DNA from: a virus
Virus genome (UHGV): UHGV-0106768
Length of the DNA: 44,108 nt
Reading direction: 5' to 3' (one strand)
In this document: positions 6,328 through 15,846 of the stretch, one piece after another
Layout of the letters: each line of letters begins with the position of its first letter
Numbering within the stretch: position 1 is the stretch's first letter
The notes under the pieces: generated by a model
Database searches by the model: none
What the model was told of the DNA's origin: nothing
The model's input: only the letters and a program-made list of their open reading frames with translations
Made by a program: the position numbers and the translations under genes

Positions 6328-9213
6328 GTGGTGATTTTATTGAGCAGACGTGTACTTTCTATCGACCTTGAGACCTACAGCGATGTTGACCTTCCGAACT
6401 GCGGTGTGTACCGCTATGTTGAGGGGGATTTTCATATCCTGCTGTTCGCATATGCATTCGATGATGAAGAAACAAAGTGTATCGACATGGCCTGCGGTGA
6501 ACAGCTTCCCGCAGAGGTTGTGGATGCCATACACAATGAAAATATCATCAAATCTGCGTGGAATGCGCAGTTTGAGCGCATCTGTCTGTCAAAATATCTC
6601 GGCATCAGGCTTTCTCCGGACTCGTGGCAATGCACGATGGTATGGGCGGCATCGCTGTCCCTGCCGCTGAAGCTGGCAACGGCAGCACAGGCTTTGAAAA
6701 CTGCACAGCAGAAAGACAGTGTCGGTGAACGGCTGATCCGCTACTTTTCGATTCCGTGTAAGCCTACCAAATCTAACGGCGGTCGCACACGCAATCTGCC
6801 GGAACACGCTCCGGAGGACTGGGCGCTGTTCAAAAGCTACTGTATTCAGGATGTGGAAACGGAACGGGATATCCGCCGAAGACTTGAAAAGTTTCCGCTG
6901 ATGCCGCAGGAATGGGATTTTTATCACATGGATCAGCGGATCAATGACCGCGGCATCCTGATCGACAGAGAGCTTGTGCAGCAGGCAATTATCTGTAATA
7001 TGGCAATGTCTGAGGAGATGACCAAACGCGCCTATGCACTGACGGGACTTGAAAATCCCAATTCTGTATCTCAGCTGAAGTCATGGCTGGAAGATCGCGG
7101 CATCGAGGTGGATTCCCTCGGCAAAAAGAATGTCGCTTCTCTGATCACAGACCTTGACAAGCACAGTGCGGACGGTGAAGCTCTGGATATGATGAAGCTG
7201 CGGTTGCAGATGGCAAAGTCCTCTGTGAAAAAGTATCAGGCGGCAGAGAGATACATCTGTCAGGACGGCAGGGCGCACGGACTGTTTCAGTTTTCCGGAG
7301 CTCAGCGAACACAGCGCTGGTGTCTTACCGGCGATCATGAAATACTGACAGATAAAGGCTGGCTCAGGCTTGATAATTGGCAGGGCGGTAAGATTGCTTG
7401 TTGGAATCCTAATCAGGAAATGGTCTCGTTCCAGAAAGCGAACGTATTGTGCTTTGAATATGACGGTCCTATCTACCGCTATGAGGACAAACGGATCGAT
7501 CAGATCAGCACGCCGGATCACAAAATGCGTGTAAAGAAACGGTATAACGGCGAGTGGACGGATGACACTGTTGGCAATATGGAAAAGTATCGTCCTTCTA
7601 TTCCGTTTACCGGACGCAGACAAACGATGCCCGGCTTGGAGCACGCAGAACTGAGGGTACTGGTGATGACGCAGGCTGACGGCAGCTATAAAGAAGATGG
7701 AATGCTCTGCTTCCATTTCAAGAAGAAAAGGAAAATAGAACGGTGCAAACATCTGCTCAGACAGGCGGGCATTTATTTCACAGTGAATGAATGCAGGACA
7801 GATGGAACAACGCAGATCAAGATTCCTTCCCGTGAGCAGCCGATGTATCTAAGAATGTTTCATAACAAGACATTTGGAATGTGGCTTCTCGATGAAAGCC
7901 CGGATGTTTTCTTTGATGAGCTTCGGTATTGGGACGGATCGCAAAGCGCCAAAAACAGTATCCAATATACCACAACGAACAAAGTGAATGCCGATATTGT
8001 TCAGGCTTTTGCTCATACAAGTGGTCGCTGTGCAAAAATGAAACCGGTCATCCGGGATAAAGAACACCCGAATTGGAGCGATGCATACTATCTCGATATA
8101 TGGCTCACTCCGAAAAACTGTCATGAAATCAGAGTGAAGCCGACTATCTCGCAATTCAGCGGCAAAATATACTGTGCTGAAACCCCAACCGGATACTTCC
8201 TTGTAAGACGTAATGGTAAAGTGTGGGTAACAGGAAACAGCGGGCGCGGCATTCAATTACAGAACCTGCCGCAGAACCACATCTCTACCCTCGATGAAGC
8301 AAGAGAACTTGTCAAAATGGGCTGCTTTGACATGATCGAAGCACTGTACGGCAATACGCCGGATATCCTGTCACAGCTTATCCGCACGATGCTCATTCCG
8401 AAGGACGGCTGTGAATTTATCGTGGCAGACTTCTCCGCCATTGAAGCGAGAGTACTTGCGTGGCTTGCCGGAGAACAGTGGCGGCTCGATGCCTTCAAGC
8501 GTGGCGAGGATATTTACTGTGCATCCGCATCGCAAATGTTCGGTGTTCCGGTCGTGAAGCACGGCATCAACGGTGAACTGCGGCAGAAAGGCAAGGTCGC
8601 AGAATTGGCCTGCGGTTACGGCGGCGGTGCCGGTGCGCTGATCTCAATGGGCGCACTGGATATGGGACTGAAAGAGGACGAACTTCCCGACATCATTTCA
8701 AGCTGGCGCGACGCAAACCCGGAGATCGTGAAATTCTGGTATGCTGTGGAAAAAGCCGCGATTGAAACAGTCAAGGATCACAATGACAGATCGGTCGGCC
8801 GGATCGGATTTCAGTTTTCAGCAAATACACTGTGGATCGTTCTTCCGTCCGGACGCAGGCTTGCCTACATCAAACCGAGATTACAGCCGAACCGCTTCGG
8901 GCGTATGGCACTGACATTTGAGGGGCTTGGTGCAAACAACAAGTGGGTGCGCGGCGAAACCTATTCCGGCAAGCTGACAGAGAACATCACACAGGCAACT
9001 GCCCGTGATCTCCTTGCAGAAGCAATGCGCCGTATAGAACTTGCAGGGCTTGGAATCGTCGGGCATGTGCATGATGAGGTCATTCTCGAAGTGCCGAAAG
9101 GACAATACACGGTCGATGATGTATGCAGCATCATGAATCAGAATCCGAAATGGGCGGAGGACTTACCGTTGTCAAGTGCAGGATATACGGGTGCATGGTA
9201 CTACAAAGATTAA
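6328..9213 (+). CDS. Family A DNA polymerase with 3'-5' exonuclease domain, interrupted by an intein
   Basis: Exo I SIDLETYSD, RT(Q)RW...SGRGIQLQNLPQ, motif A IVADFSAIEARVLAWL, motif C HVHDEV. The true start may be TTG 6340. Confidence 0.9.
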   Translation: MVILLSRRVLSIDLETYSDVDLPNCGVYRYVEGDFHILLFAYAFDDEETKCIDMACGEQLPAEVVDAIHNENIIKSAWNAQFERICLSKYLGIRLSPDSWQCTMVWAASLSLPLKLATAAQALKTAQQKDSVGERLIRYFSIPCKPTKSNGGRTRNLPEHAPEDWALFKSYCIQDVETERDIRRRLEKFPLMPQEWDFYHMDQRINDRGILIDRELVQQAIICNMAMSEEMTKRAYALTGLENPNSVSQLKSWLEDRGIEVDSLGKKNVASLITDLDKHSADGEALDMMKLRLQMAKSSVKKYQAAERYICQDGRAHGLFQFSGAQRTQRWCLTGDHEILTDKGWLRLDNWQGGKIACWNPNQEMVSFQKANVLCFEYDGPIYRYEDKRIDQISTPDHKMRVKKRYNGEWTDDTVGNMEKYRPSIPFTGRRQTMPGLEHAELRVLVMTQADGSYKEDGMLCFHFKKKRKIERCKHLLRQAGIYFTVNECRTDGTTQIKIPSREQPMYLRMFHNKTFGMWLLDESPDVFFDELRYWDGSQSAKNSIQYTTTNKVNADIVQAFAHTSGRCAKMKPVIRDKEHPNWSDAYYLDIWLTPKNCHEIRVKPTISQFSGKIYCAETPTGYFLVRRNGKVWVTGNSGRGIQLQNLPQNHISTLDEARELVKMGCFDMIEALYGNTPDILSQLIRTMLIPKDGCEFIVADFSAIEARVLAWLAGEQWRLDAFKRGEDIYCASASQMFGVPVVKHGINGELRQKGKVAELACGYGGGAGALISMGALDMGLKEDELPDIISSWRDANPEIVKFWYAVEKAAIETVKDHNDRSVGRIGFQFSANTLWIVLPSGRRLAYIKPRLQPNRFGRMALTFEGLGANNKWVRGETYSGKLTENITQATARDLLAEAMRRIELAGLGIVGHVHDEVILEVPKGQYTVDDVCSIMNQNPKWAEDLPLSSAGYTGAWYYKD
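7321..8238 (+). mobile_element. Class-1-type intein with LAGLIDADG homing-endonuclease domain inside the DNA polymerase
   Basis: Starts CLTGDHEILT and ends VWVTGN followed by Ser. Block B is TPDH. LAGLIDADG-like motifs LRVLVMTQADGS and FFDELRYWDGS. Removing it restores GAQRTQRW-SGRGIQLQNLP. Confidence 0.85.
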
Positions 9214-9247
9214 GTGTATAAACAATATTTCAGAGGAGGATATCTTT

Positions 9248-10297
9248 ATGAAACAAGGCAGATCATTACCGGAAGTGCTGACTGAGCTTCAGCGTCAGAA
9301 TGCGGCAAAGCAGGACTACATCGGTGCAGCGGAGGCTTTCCGTCTGGACGAGGACGGCAGCACATTCAATATTGGCACCGACCACAGCTTCGGCACCACG
9401 CAGCTTTTTCATCGTCAGGTGGCATCGGCGCTTGGCATTCCGGCGAAATACTACGATATGATGCAGAAACAGAAGCCCGATCTTCTGGCAGACAATGTGA
9501 ATGCATGGTTCAGTGACAAGGGCAGCAGCTACATGGTGCGTACCCTTGATTACGGCAGCGGACAGGTTGCGAGAGCCTTTCTGTCTGACCGTTACCGCCG
9601 TATCGATAACCTTGAAATTGCCTCGGCTGTTCTCCCGATTTTCGCCGGACAGGAAGGCATGGAGGTCATGAGCTGCGAGGTCACAGAGAATAAGCTGTAT
9701 CTGAAGATCGTCAATCACCGTCTGGAAATGGCGTGTGTCGGTGACCGTGTGCAGGCAGGTGTCATCATCTCCAATTCGGAGGTTGGACTCGGTGCTGTGT
9801 CTGTTCAGCCGCTTGTCTATACACTTGCCTGCACCAACGGCATGGTGGTCAACAGTATGGGCGAACGCCGTACCCATGTGGGCAGAGCTGCGAAGGCGCT
9901 GGAAGACAGCTTCAATATCTACACAGATGAAACCCTCGAAGCCGAAGATAAGGCATTCATGCTGAAGCTCCGTGATACCACAATGGCAGCAATTGAAGAG
10001 GCTCGTTTCGCACAGATCATCGGTGTGTTGGAGCAGAGCCACGGCGCAAAGATCACAGGACGTGTGCAGGATGTCATCGAACTGACCGGCAAGGCGTATG
10101 ACCTGAATCAGCCGGAACAGGACAGCATTCTGAACTATCTCATCAAGGGCGGCGATCTTTCCCTCTATGGTCTGAGCAATGCCATCACACGCGCTTCGCA
10201 GGATGTAGATTCCTACGACAGAGCCACTGCGTTAGAGGGCATCGGCTGGCAGGTGGCGACCATGCCTGCAAATCAGTGGAAGGAGATCAACGCATGA
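9248..10297 (+). CDS. DUF932 domain protein
   Basis: GAGGAGGA RBS. The IISNSEVGLGAVSVQPLVYTLACTNGMV core resembles the DUF932 signature. Confidence 0.65.
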   Translation: MKQGRSLPEVLTELQRQNAAKQDYIGAAEAFRLDEDGSTFNIGTDHSFGTTQLFHRQVASALGIPAKYYDMMQKQKPDLLADNVNAWFSDKGSSYMVRTLDYGSGQVARAFLSDRYRRIDNLEIASAVLPIFAGQEGMEVMSCEVTENKLYLKIVNHRLEMACVGDRVQAGVIISNSEVGLGAVSVQPLVYTLACTNGMVVNSMGERRTHVGRAAKALEDSFNIYTDETLEAEDKAFMLKLRDTTMAAIEEARFAQIIGVLEQSHGAKITGRVQDVIELTGKAYDLNQPEQDSILNYLIKGGDLSLYGLSNAITRASQDVDSYDRATALEGIGWQVATMPANQWKEINA

Positions 10298-10527
10298 GCA
10301 GAACCTGGAAAGACAGAAAAGGATATAAAACACGCAGAAAACGACACGGATATCCTGTGCCGGAAATCTGCAATTACACACGCGGCAGCTATGAAGATTA
10401 TGACCACAGCGATGAGGAACTGTATGTCGATGACCAGTGCTGCGAGAACTGCCGCTTTTGCGGATGTTGCCGTCATACACCGTTCCCGTCGGGCTGGTGC
10501 GAATACTGGAAGGACGGCACACATTGA
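10294..10527 (+). CDS. Small Cys-rich hypothetical protein
   Basis: ATGA start/stop overlap with the upstream gene. CCENCRFCGCCRH cluster. Confidence 0.5.
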   Translation: MSRTWKDRKGYKTRRKRHGYPVPEICNYTRGSYEDYDHSDEELYVDDQCCENCRFCGCCRHTPFPSGWCEYWKDGTH

Positions 10528-10964
10528 GAGAATATGTTGTCGAAAACGAGTTTATCAAGGCGGTAAAAGCGGCAGGCGGTGTGGCATACAAGCTGACATC
10601 GCAGACCGCAAACGGACTGCCGGACAGACTCGTTCTGTTCCCGGCGGCAAAGACGATTTTCGTGGAGCTGAAAGCACCGGGGAAAATGATGCGACCGTTG
10701 CAGCGTAAAAGACGGTATCAGCTTATGAAACTCGGCTTTCCGGTGCTGTGCATTGACAGGATGCCGCAGATCAAGCCGTTCATATCAGCAGCATTGTCAT
10801 GGACACCCGGTGAGCCGTTCCCGGAAGGCATCGGTGCGAAGATACCCGATCTGGAAAGGGCAACGCTGCCGACGGATATGGATAACTTCGGGGAAACGCT
10901 TGAACCCATCGATCCAGACAATCTGATAGAGTTTTATGAAATAGAGGACGGTGATGATGCATGA
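10524..10964 (+). CDS. VRR-NUC domain nuclease
   Basis: EFIKAVKAAGGVAYKL...GLPDRLVLFP...IFVELKAPGK matches the VRR-NUC (PD-(D/E)XK) pattern. The start is uncertain (TTG 10524 overlaps the upstream stop). Confidence 0.7.
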   Translation: MREYVVENEFIKAVKAAGGVAYKLTSQTANGLPDRLVLFPAAKTIFVELKAPGKMMRPLQRKRRYQLMKLGFPVLCIDRMPQIKPFISAALSWTPGEPFPEGIGAKIPDLERATLPTDMDNFGETLEPIDPDNLIEFYEIEDGDDA

Positions 10965-11458
10965 TTAACCCTAAACGCAGAGCTGTGAGAAAAAGCTGCT
11001 CATACTGCGGAACTGTCTTTACCTATGTCGGAAGTCATGGTACAAGAAATAAGCATTTTTTCTGTTCTCATGAATGCTATATTGCCTTTAAGACAAAGAA
11101 AGCAGAAGTGAAATGCGATTGGTGCGGCAAATCAATGCTGAAAAAACGCTCTGAAATATGGAGAACGGATCACAATTTCTGCTGCCCCGAATGCTGTTTA
11201 CTGTATAGGCAAAAGCAAGGCGAAACTTCATGGAATCATCGTGTGAATGGAATAACCGTACACAGGGGCATTTTGGAGAAGAAGCTCGGACGAGAACTGC
11301 GTGCGGATGAAGAAGTACACCATATCGATGGTAACCATTTCAATAATGATCCGGACAATCTCATCGCCCTTTCCAAATCGGAACACGCCAAAATTCATTC
11401 TTCTTGGAAAGCGAGGGACGAGTATGGAAAATACGTTAAAACGCAGTCAGATTCATGA
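10961..11458 (+). CDS. HNH endonuclease with N-terminal Cys4 zinc-finger-like motifs (possible free-standing homing endonuclease)
   Basis: EEVHHIDGNHFNNDPDNLIALSKSEHAKIH. CSYCG...CSHEC and CDWCG...CCPEC pairs. Confidence 0.8.
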   Translation: MINPKRRAVRKSCSYCGTVFTYVGSHGTRNKHFFCSHECYIAFKTKKAEVKCDWCGKSMLKKRSEIWRTDHNFCCPECCLLYRQKQGETSWNHRVNGITVHRGILEKKLGRELRADEEVHHIDGNHFNNDPDNLIALSKSEHAKIHSSWKARDEYGKYVKTQSDS

Positions 11459-12806
11459 ATACCAAAAATACTGTGTTGACTTTATTAAGTCTCATCCCGT
11501 ATCAGCACTCTTTTTGGATTGCGGACTTGGAAAGACGATCATTTCATTGACTGCAATATATGATCTAATGTTTGATGAGCTGAAGGTATTTAAAGTTCTT
11601 GTAATTGCCCCTCTAAGAGTGACAAATGTCTGGAAAGCGGAGGTTCAGAAATGGAGTCATCTGCAAGATGTTGATGTTGCGATAGTAGTCGGAACTGTAA
11701 AACAGCGGATTGCTGCGATTAACAGTAACGCTCTTGTTTACGCTGTCAACCGTGAAAATGTGAAGTGGCTCGTAGAGTATTACGAGAAAAACGGTCTTCG
11801 TTGGGATTTTGACATGATTGTCATTGACGAGCTGAGTTCCTTCAAAAACTACCAGTCACAGCGGTTCAAATGGTTGCGTAAGGTTCGGCCTTTCGTGAAG
11901 CGCTGGGTAGGCTTGACAGGTACGCCGACTTCCAACGGACTCATGGACTTATGGGCAGAGATCGGTATCCTTGACGGCGGTGAGAGGCTTGGACGATTTA
12001 TCGGGCGTTTCCGAGAGTCTTACTTCAAGCCTGCATCCATGAACCCAAGTACGGGTGTGGTGTTCTCATATACACCCCGTCCCGGTGCGGAGGAACAGAT
12101 ATATCAGAAGATCTCCGACATCACCATTTCTATGAAAGCACTGGACTATCTGGATATGCCTGAATGCGTGTATGTCAATCATGAGGTCGAGATGAATGCA
12201 GCGGAGCGAAAGCTCTACGATCAGTTGAAGCACGACCTCATTATCCCGCTTGAGGACGGCGACATTGATGCCGCCAACGCTGCATCGCTTTCCAATAAAC
12301 TGCTCCAGATGGCGAACGGCGCGGTCTATGATGAGAACAAGGAAACACGCACCATTCACAGCCGCAAGCTGGAGATGCTGGAAGACCTGATCGAATCGGC
12401 AAACGGACAACCTGTGCTGATCGGTTACTGGTTCAAGCATGACCGCACCCGAATTATAGAGCATCTGACCGCTTGTGGTTATGCTCCGAGGGATATTAAG
12501 GATTCCGACGATATCACTGACTGGAACGCCGGAAAGATCAGTGTTGCTCTGATACATCCGGCTTCGGCAGGACACGGACTGAATATCCAGTCCGGCGGTC
12601 ATATCCTGATCTGGTTTGGCCTGACATGGAGTCTGGAGCTGTATCAGCAGACCAATGCAAGACTCTGGCGGCAGGGGCAGCAGCACACTGTTACTATCCA
12701 TCACATCGTAACAAAAGACACAGTAGATGAAGATGTCCTGAAAGCTCTCGCTTCAAAGGACGTGACGCAGGAGAAGCTGATCGCAGCAGTCAAGGCAAGA
12801 TTGTAA
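11424..12806 (+). CDS. SNF2-family helicase
   Basis: LDCGLGKT (motif I), VIDELSSFKN (DExx box), and C-terminal helicase motifs GHGLNIQ and QTNARLWRQGQ. Confidence 0.9.
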   Translation: MENTLKRSQIHEYQKYCVDFIKSHPVSALFLDCGLGKTIISLTAIYDLMFDELKVFKVLVIAPLRVTNVWKAEVQKWSHLQDVDVAIVVGTVKQRIAAINSNALVYAVNRENVKWLVEYYEKNGLRWDFDMIVIDELSSFKNYQSQRFKWLRKVRPFVKRWVGLTGTPTSNGLMDLWAEIGILDGGERLGRFIGRFRESYFKPASMNPSTGVVFSYTPRPGAEEQIYQKISDITISMKALDYLDMPECVYVNHEVEMNAAERKLYDQLKHDLIIPLEDGDIDAANAASLSNKLLQMANGAVYDENKETRTIHSRKLEMLEDLIESANGQPVLIGYWFKHDRTRIIEHLTACGYAPRDIKDSDDITDWNAGKISVALIHPASAGHGLNIQSGGHILIWFGLTWSLELYQQTNARLWRQGQQHTVTIHHIVTKDTVDEDVLKALASKDVTQEKLIAAVKARL

Positions 12807-12902
12807 CAATATACAGTCTGTATGATCCACCCCTTATTGACGACAGGAAGACGGCAAAGCGGCGACAATTCGGTTACGCCGCAAACCACGGAGGTGAAAA
12901 CT

Positions 12903-13388
12903 ATGGCTCGTAAGAACAAACGCCTAAAAACAGAATACCACAGAGGGCTCGGCTTTGATCCGAGAAAATATATTACGGCACCGGTGCAGCACCACACCAT
13001 CGCTCACAAGCCGCAGCGCGGTGACATCTGGTTTGCGGATCTTGGCTGTCATCCGGATTCCAGCGTGCAGAGCGGCATCCGTCCGGTTATCATTCTCTCG
13101 AATGATATGGGCAATGCACACGCCGACACGGTCAATATCATTCCCATGACGCGGCATCTGAAAAAGCCGGAGCTGCCGTGCCATACGCATCTGTTCCCCG
13201 ACAGTATTTCCGATCTTCATCAGCATCTATATCCGTCCATGATCCTGGCGGAGCAGCTCACGACTGTCAGCAAGCATGCGCTTCGCAGCTATGCCGGACA
13301 TATCTCGGACGCCGATGCGATGAACCGTATTGAAACCGCTGTCATTGCACAGCTTTTCATTGAAAGGAGACATTCCGAATGCCTGTAA
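12903..13388 (+). CDS. PemK/MazF-fold toxin-like protein
   Basis: GGAGGTG RBS. PQRGDIWFADLG...SGIRPVIILSNDMGN...VNIIPMT matches the PemK/MazF core. No antitoxin-like ORF is adjacent. Confidence 0.65.
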   Translation: MARKNKRLKTEYHRGLGFDPRKYITAPVQHHTIAHKPQRGDIWFADLGCHPDSSVQSGIRPVIILSNDMGNAHADTVNIIPMTRHLKKPELPCHTHLFPDSISDLHQHLYPSMILAEQLTTVSKHALRSYAGHISDADAMNRIETAVIAQLFIERRHSECL

Positions 13389-15808
13389 ATTTCGTAAATA
13401 TCCCGGACGCACTGAAGCAGTCGGCATCCTTCTGTGTCTGGAAGCTGGAAAAGAGATCCGGACGCCCCACAAAAGTGCCGTACAATCCGAGAACCGGCAA
13501 CATGGCAAAAACCAACGAGCCGGACACCTTCACCGACTTCAAGACCGCTATGAAAGCGTATGCGATTGGCGGCTGGAACGGCATCGGCTACAGAGTTTCC
13601 GAGGGAATCGGTGCAATCGACATCGACCACTGTATCCGGGAGGACGGCAGCCTGAATGATGTGGCAGCATCCATTCTCGGTATCTTCAGCACTGCCTACT
13701 TTGAACGCTCTCCATCCGGCACCGGACTGCGCGGCTTCTTCAAACTCAGCCCTGAGTTTGCCTACGATAAGACTGTGTACTACATCAACAACCGCAAACA
13801 CGGTCTGGAGGTCTATCTGCCCGGAACGACCAACCGCTTTGTAACTGTTACGGGAGATATGTTCCGTCCCGGTACCGTTGAGCGTGATGATGATGCACTC
13901 CGCAATCTGCTTGACACCTTCATGAAGCGCAGCACCCGTGTATCAAATAAGACGATCGAGCCTGCATCCTATCTTGATGACGAGGGTGTCATCGCACACG
14001 CATTCGCCTCTGCTTCTGGTGATAAATTCAAAGCACTCTACGAGGGACACTGGGAGGAAGGCTATGATTCGCAGTCTGATGCAGACATGGCGTTCGTGTC
14101 CATGCTGTGCTTCTGGTGCGGCAATGTGGAGGAGCAGATCGACCGTATCTTCCGAACTTCCGGTCTGATGCGTGATAAGTGGGATCGTATGACCGGTGAC
14201 AGGACCTACGGTCAGATCACGATCCGCAATGCCATCGCATCGACATCCGAGATCTATACACCTATTGCGGACTCCTCCGCAGAGGATGATTTTGAAGATA
14301 TTGAGGGCGAGACAGATACAGAGCAGCTGATGTTTGAGCCGGATTTCACCCACATCACCCTGACGCTGGAACAGATGCAGCCGCACACAAATCCTCGCTA
14401 TCAGCGTGACGAGATCGGTATTGGCTATGCATTTGCGGATTACTATAAGCCAATCGCTCATTTCGACCGTGAGCGCGGTATCTGGTATGTCTTTGACGGG
14501 AAGGTGTGGCAGCCGGACGAAAATGCTCTCGCTGTGGCGGAGATTGCAAAGCGTCTGGCAGACAGGCTGTATACCTTCGCCCTTCAGATCAAGGATGAGG
14601 ATACTCGAAACAGGTATATCAAGCGTGTACAGAAGCTCCAACTCCGCAAAAACCGCCGCACCATGATCGAAGATGCGAAATCCGTGTATCCAGTGCCGCA
14701 CGCTATCTTTGACCGCAATACCGATCTGTTCAACAGTCAGAACGGCACGCTGAACCTCACCACAGGTGAATTCCGTCCGCACGATCCGGCAGACTTTCTC
14801 ACCATGATGTCCGGTGTCACCTATGATCCGAATGCCACCTGTCCGAGATGGGAGCAGTTCATTTCCGAAGTTATGTGTAACGATGCTGACCTCGCATTAT
14901 ACTTGCAAAAAGCCCTCGGATATGCGCTTACCGGCGACACATCGCTCGAATGCCTGTTCATCCTCTACGGTGCGACCTCCCGAAACGGAAAAGGCACCAC
15001 AATGGAGACATTTCTGAAGATCATGGGTGATTACGGCAAAACCTCCAATCCGGAGATGCTGTCTACAAAATTCGGCAACACCAATGCGTCCGGACCGTCT
15101 GAGGAGATTGCTCGCCTTGCGGGTGTGCGTTTCGTTAATATCTCCGAGCCGGAGAAGAAGATCACCTTCAATGCAGCACTGGTAAAGCGTATGACGGGTA
15201 ACGATACACTGAATGCTCGTTTTCTGCATGAGAACAGCTTCGATTTCAAGCCGAATTTCAAGATCTTCATCAATACGAATTACAAACCGTCCGTTTCTGA
15301 TATGACACTGTTTTACTCCAACCGTCTGAAGCTCATTCCGTTCAAACGCCATTTTGAGGAGCATGAGCAGGACAAAGGTCTGAAAGCATTTTTCAGTACG
15401 GATGTCTGCCTCTCTGCCATCTTTAACTGGTGCTATGAAGGATATAAGCGGTTTCGTTCCGAAGGTCTGGAGGATCCGGCTGCTGTTTCTCAGGCAACCA
15501 AGGAGTATCAGGAGGAGTCTGACCGCATCGGTCAGTTTGTGGATGCATGGCTCGAAGAAGGCGAAGCATTTGAAGTTCGTACCTCTGCGGCATATAAGCT
15601 GTACGGTGAATGGTGCGATAAGTATGGCTACCGCAAGGAGAACAGCACCAACTTCAATAATGCGATTCAGCGTTTCTTCCCCATCGTGCGTAAGCGTCCG
15701 AACGATACAAAGGGTGCGCAGAAAACAACAATGCTTGTGGGGTGCCGTTTCCTGGATCATGAAAACGGCGAAGCTGACGAACCGGATGAGTTTGCTGCCT
15801 TGGAGTAA
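13379..15808 (+). CDS. Bifunctional primase-polymerase / D5-P4-type primase-helicase
   Basis: N-terminal prim-pol (GIGAIDIDHC), PriCT-like SDADMAFVSMLCFWCG, and Walker A ILYGATSRNGKGT of phage/plasmid P4-family primases. Confidence 0.85.
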   Translation: MPVNFVNIPDALKQSASFCVWKLEKRSGRPTKVPYNPRTGNMAKTNEPDTFTDFKTAMKAYAIGGWNGIGYRVSEGIGAIDIDHCIREDGSLNDVAASILGIFSTAYFERSPSGTGLRGFFKLSPEFAYDKTVYYINNRKHGLEVYLPGTTNRFVTVTGDMFRPGTVERDDDALRNLLDTFMKRSTRVSNKTIEPASYLDDEGVIAHAFASASGDKFKALYEGHWEEGYDSQSDADMAFVSMLCFWCGNVEEQIDRIFRTSGLMRDKWDRMTGDRTYGQITIRNAIASTSEIYTPIADSSAEDDFEDIEGETDTEQLMFEPDFTHITLTLEQMQPHTNPRYQRDEIGIGYAFADYYKPIAHFDRERGIWYVFDGKVWQPDENALAVAEIAKRLADRLYTFALQIKDEDTRNRYIKRVQKLQLRKNRRTMIEDAKSVYPVPHAIFDRNTDLFNSQNGTLNLTTGEFRPHDPADFLTMMSGVTYDPNATCPRWEQFISEVMCNDADLALYLQKALGYALTGDTSLECLFILYGATSRNGKGTTMETFLKIMGDYGKTSNPEMLSTKFGNTNASGPSEEIARLAGVRFVNISEPEKKITFNAALVKRMTGNDTLNARFLHENSFDFKPNFKIFINTNYKPSVSDMTLFYSNRLKLIPFKRHFEEHEQDKGLKAFFSTDVCLSAIFNWCYEGYKRFRSEGLEDPAAVSQATKEYQEESDRIGQFVDAWLEEGEAFEVRTSAAYKLYGEWCDKYGYRKENSTNFNNAIQRFFPIVRKRPNDTKGAQKTTMLVGCRFLDHENGEADEPDEFAALE

Positions 15809-15846
15809 AAGTAGACTTTTCTCCGTATTTGCGCTGTTTTCCGCAG

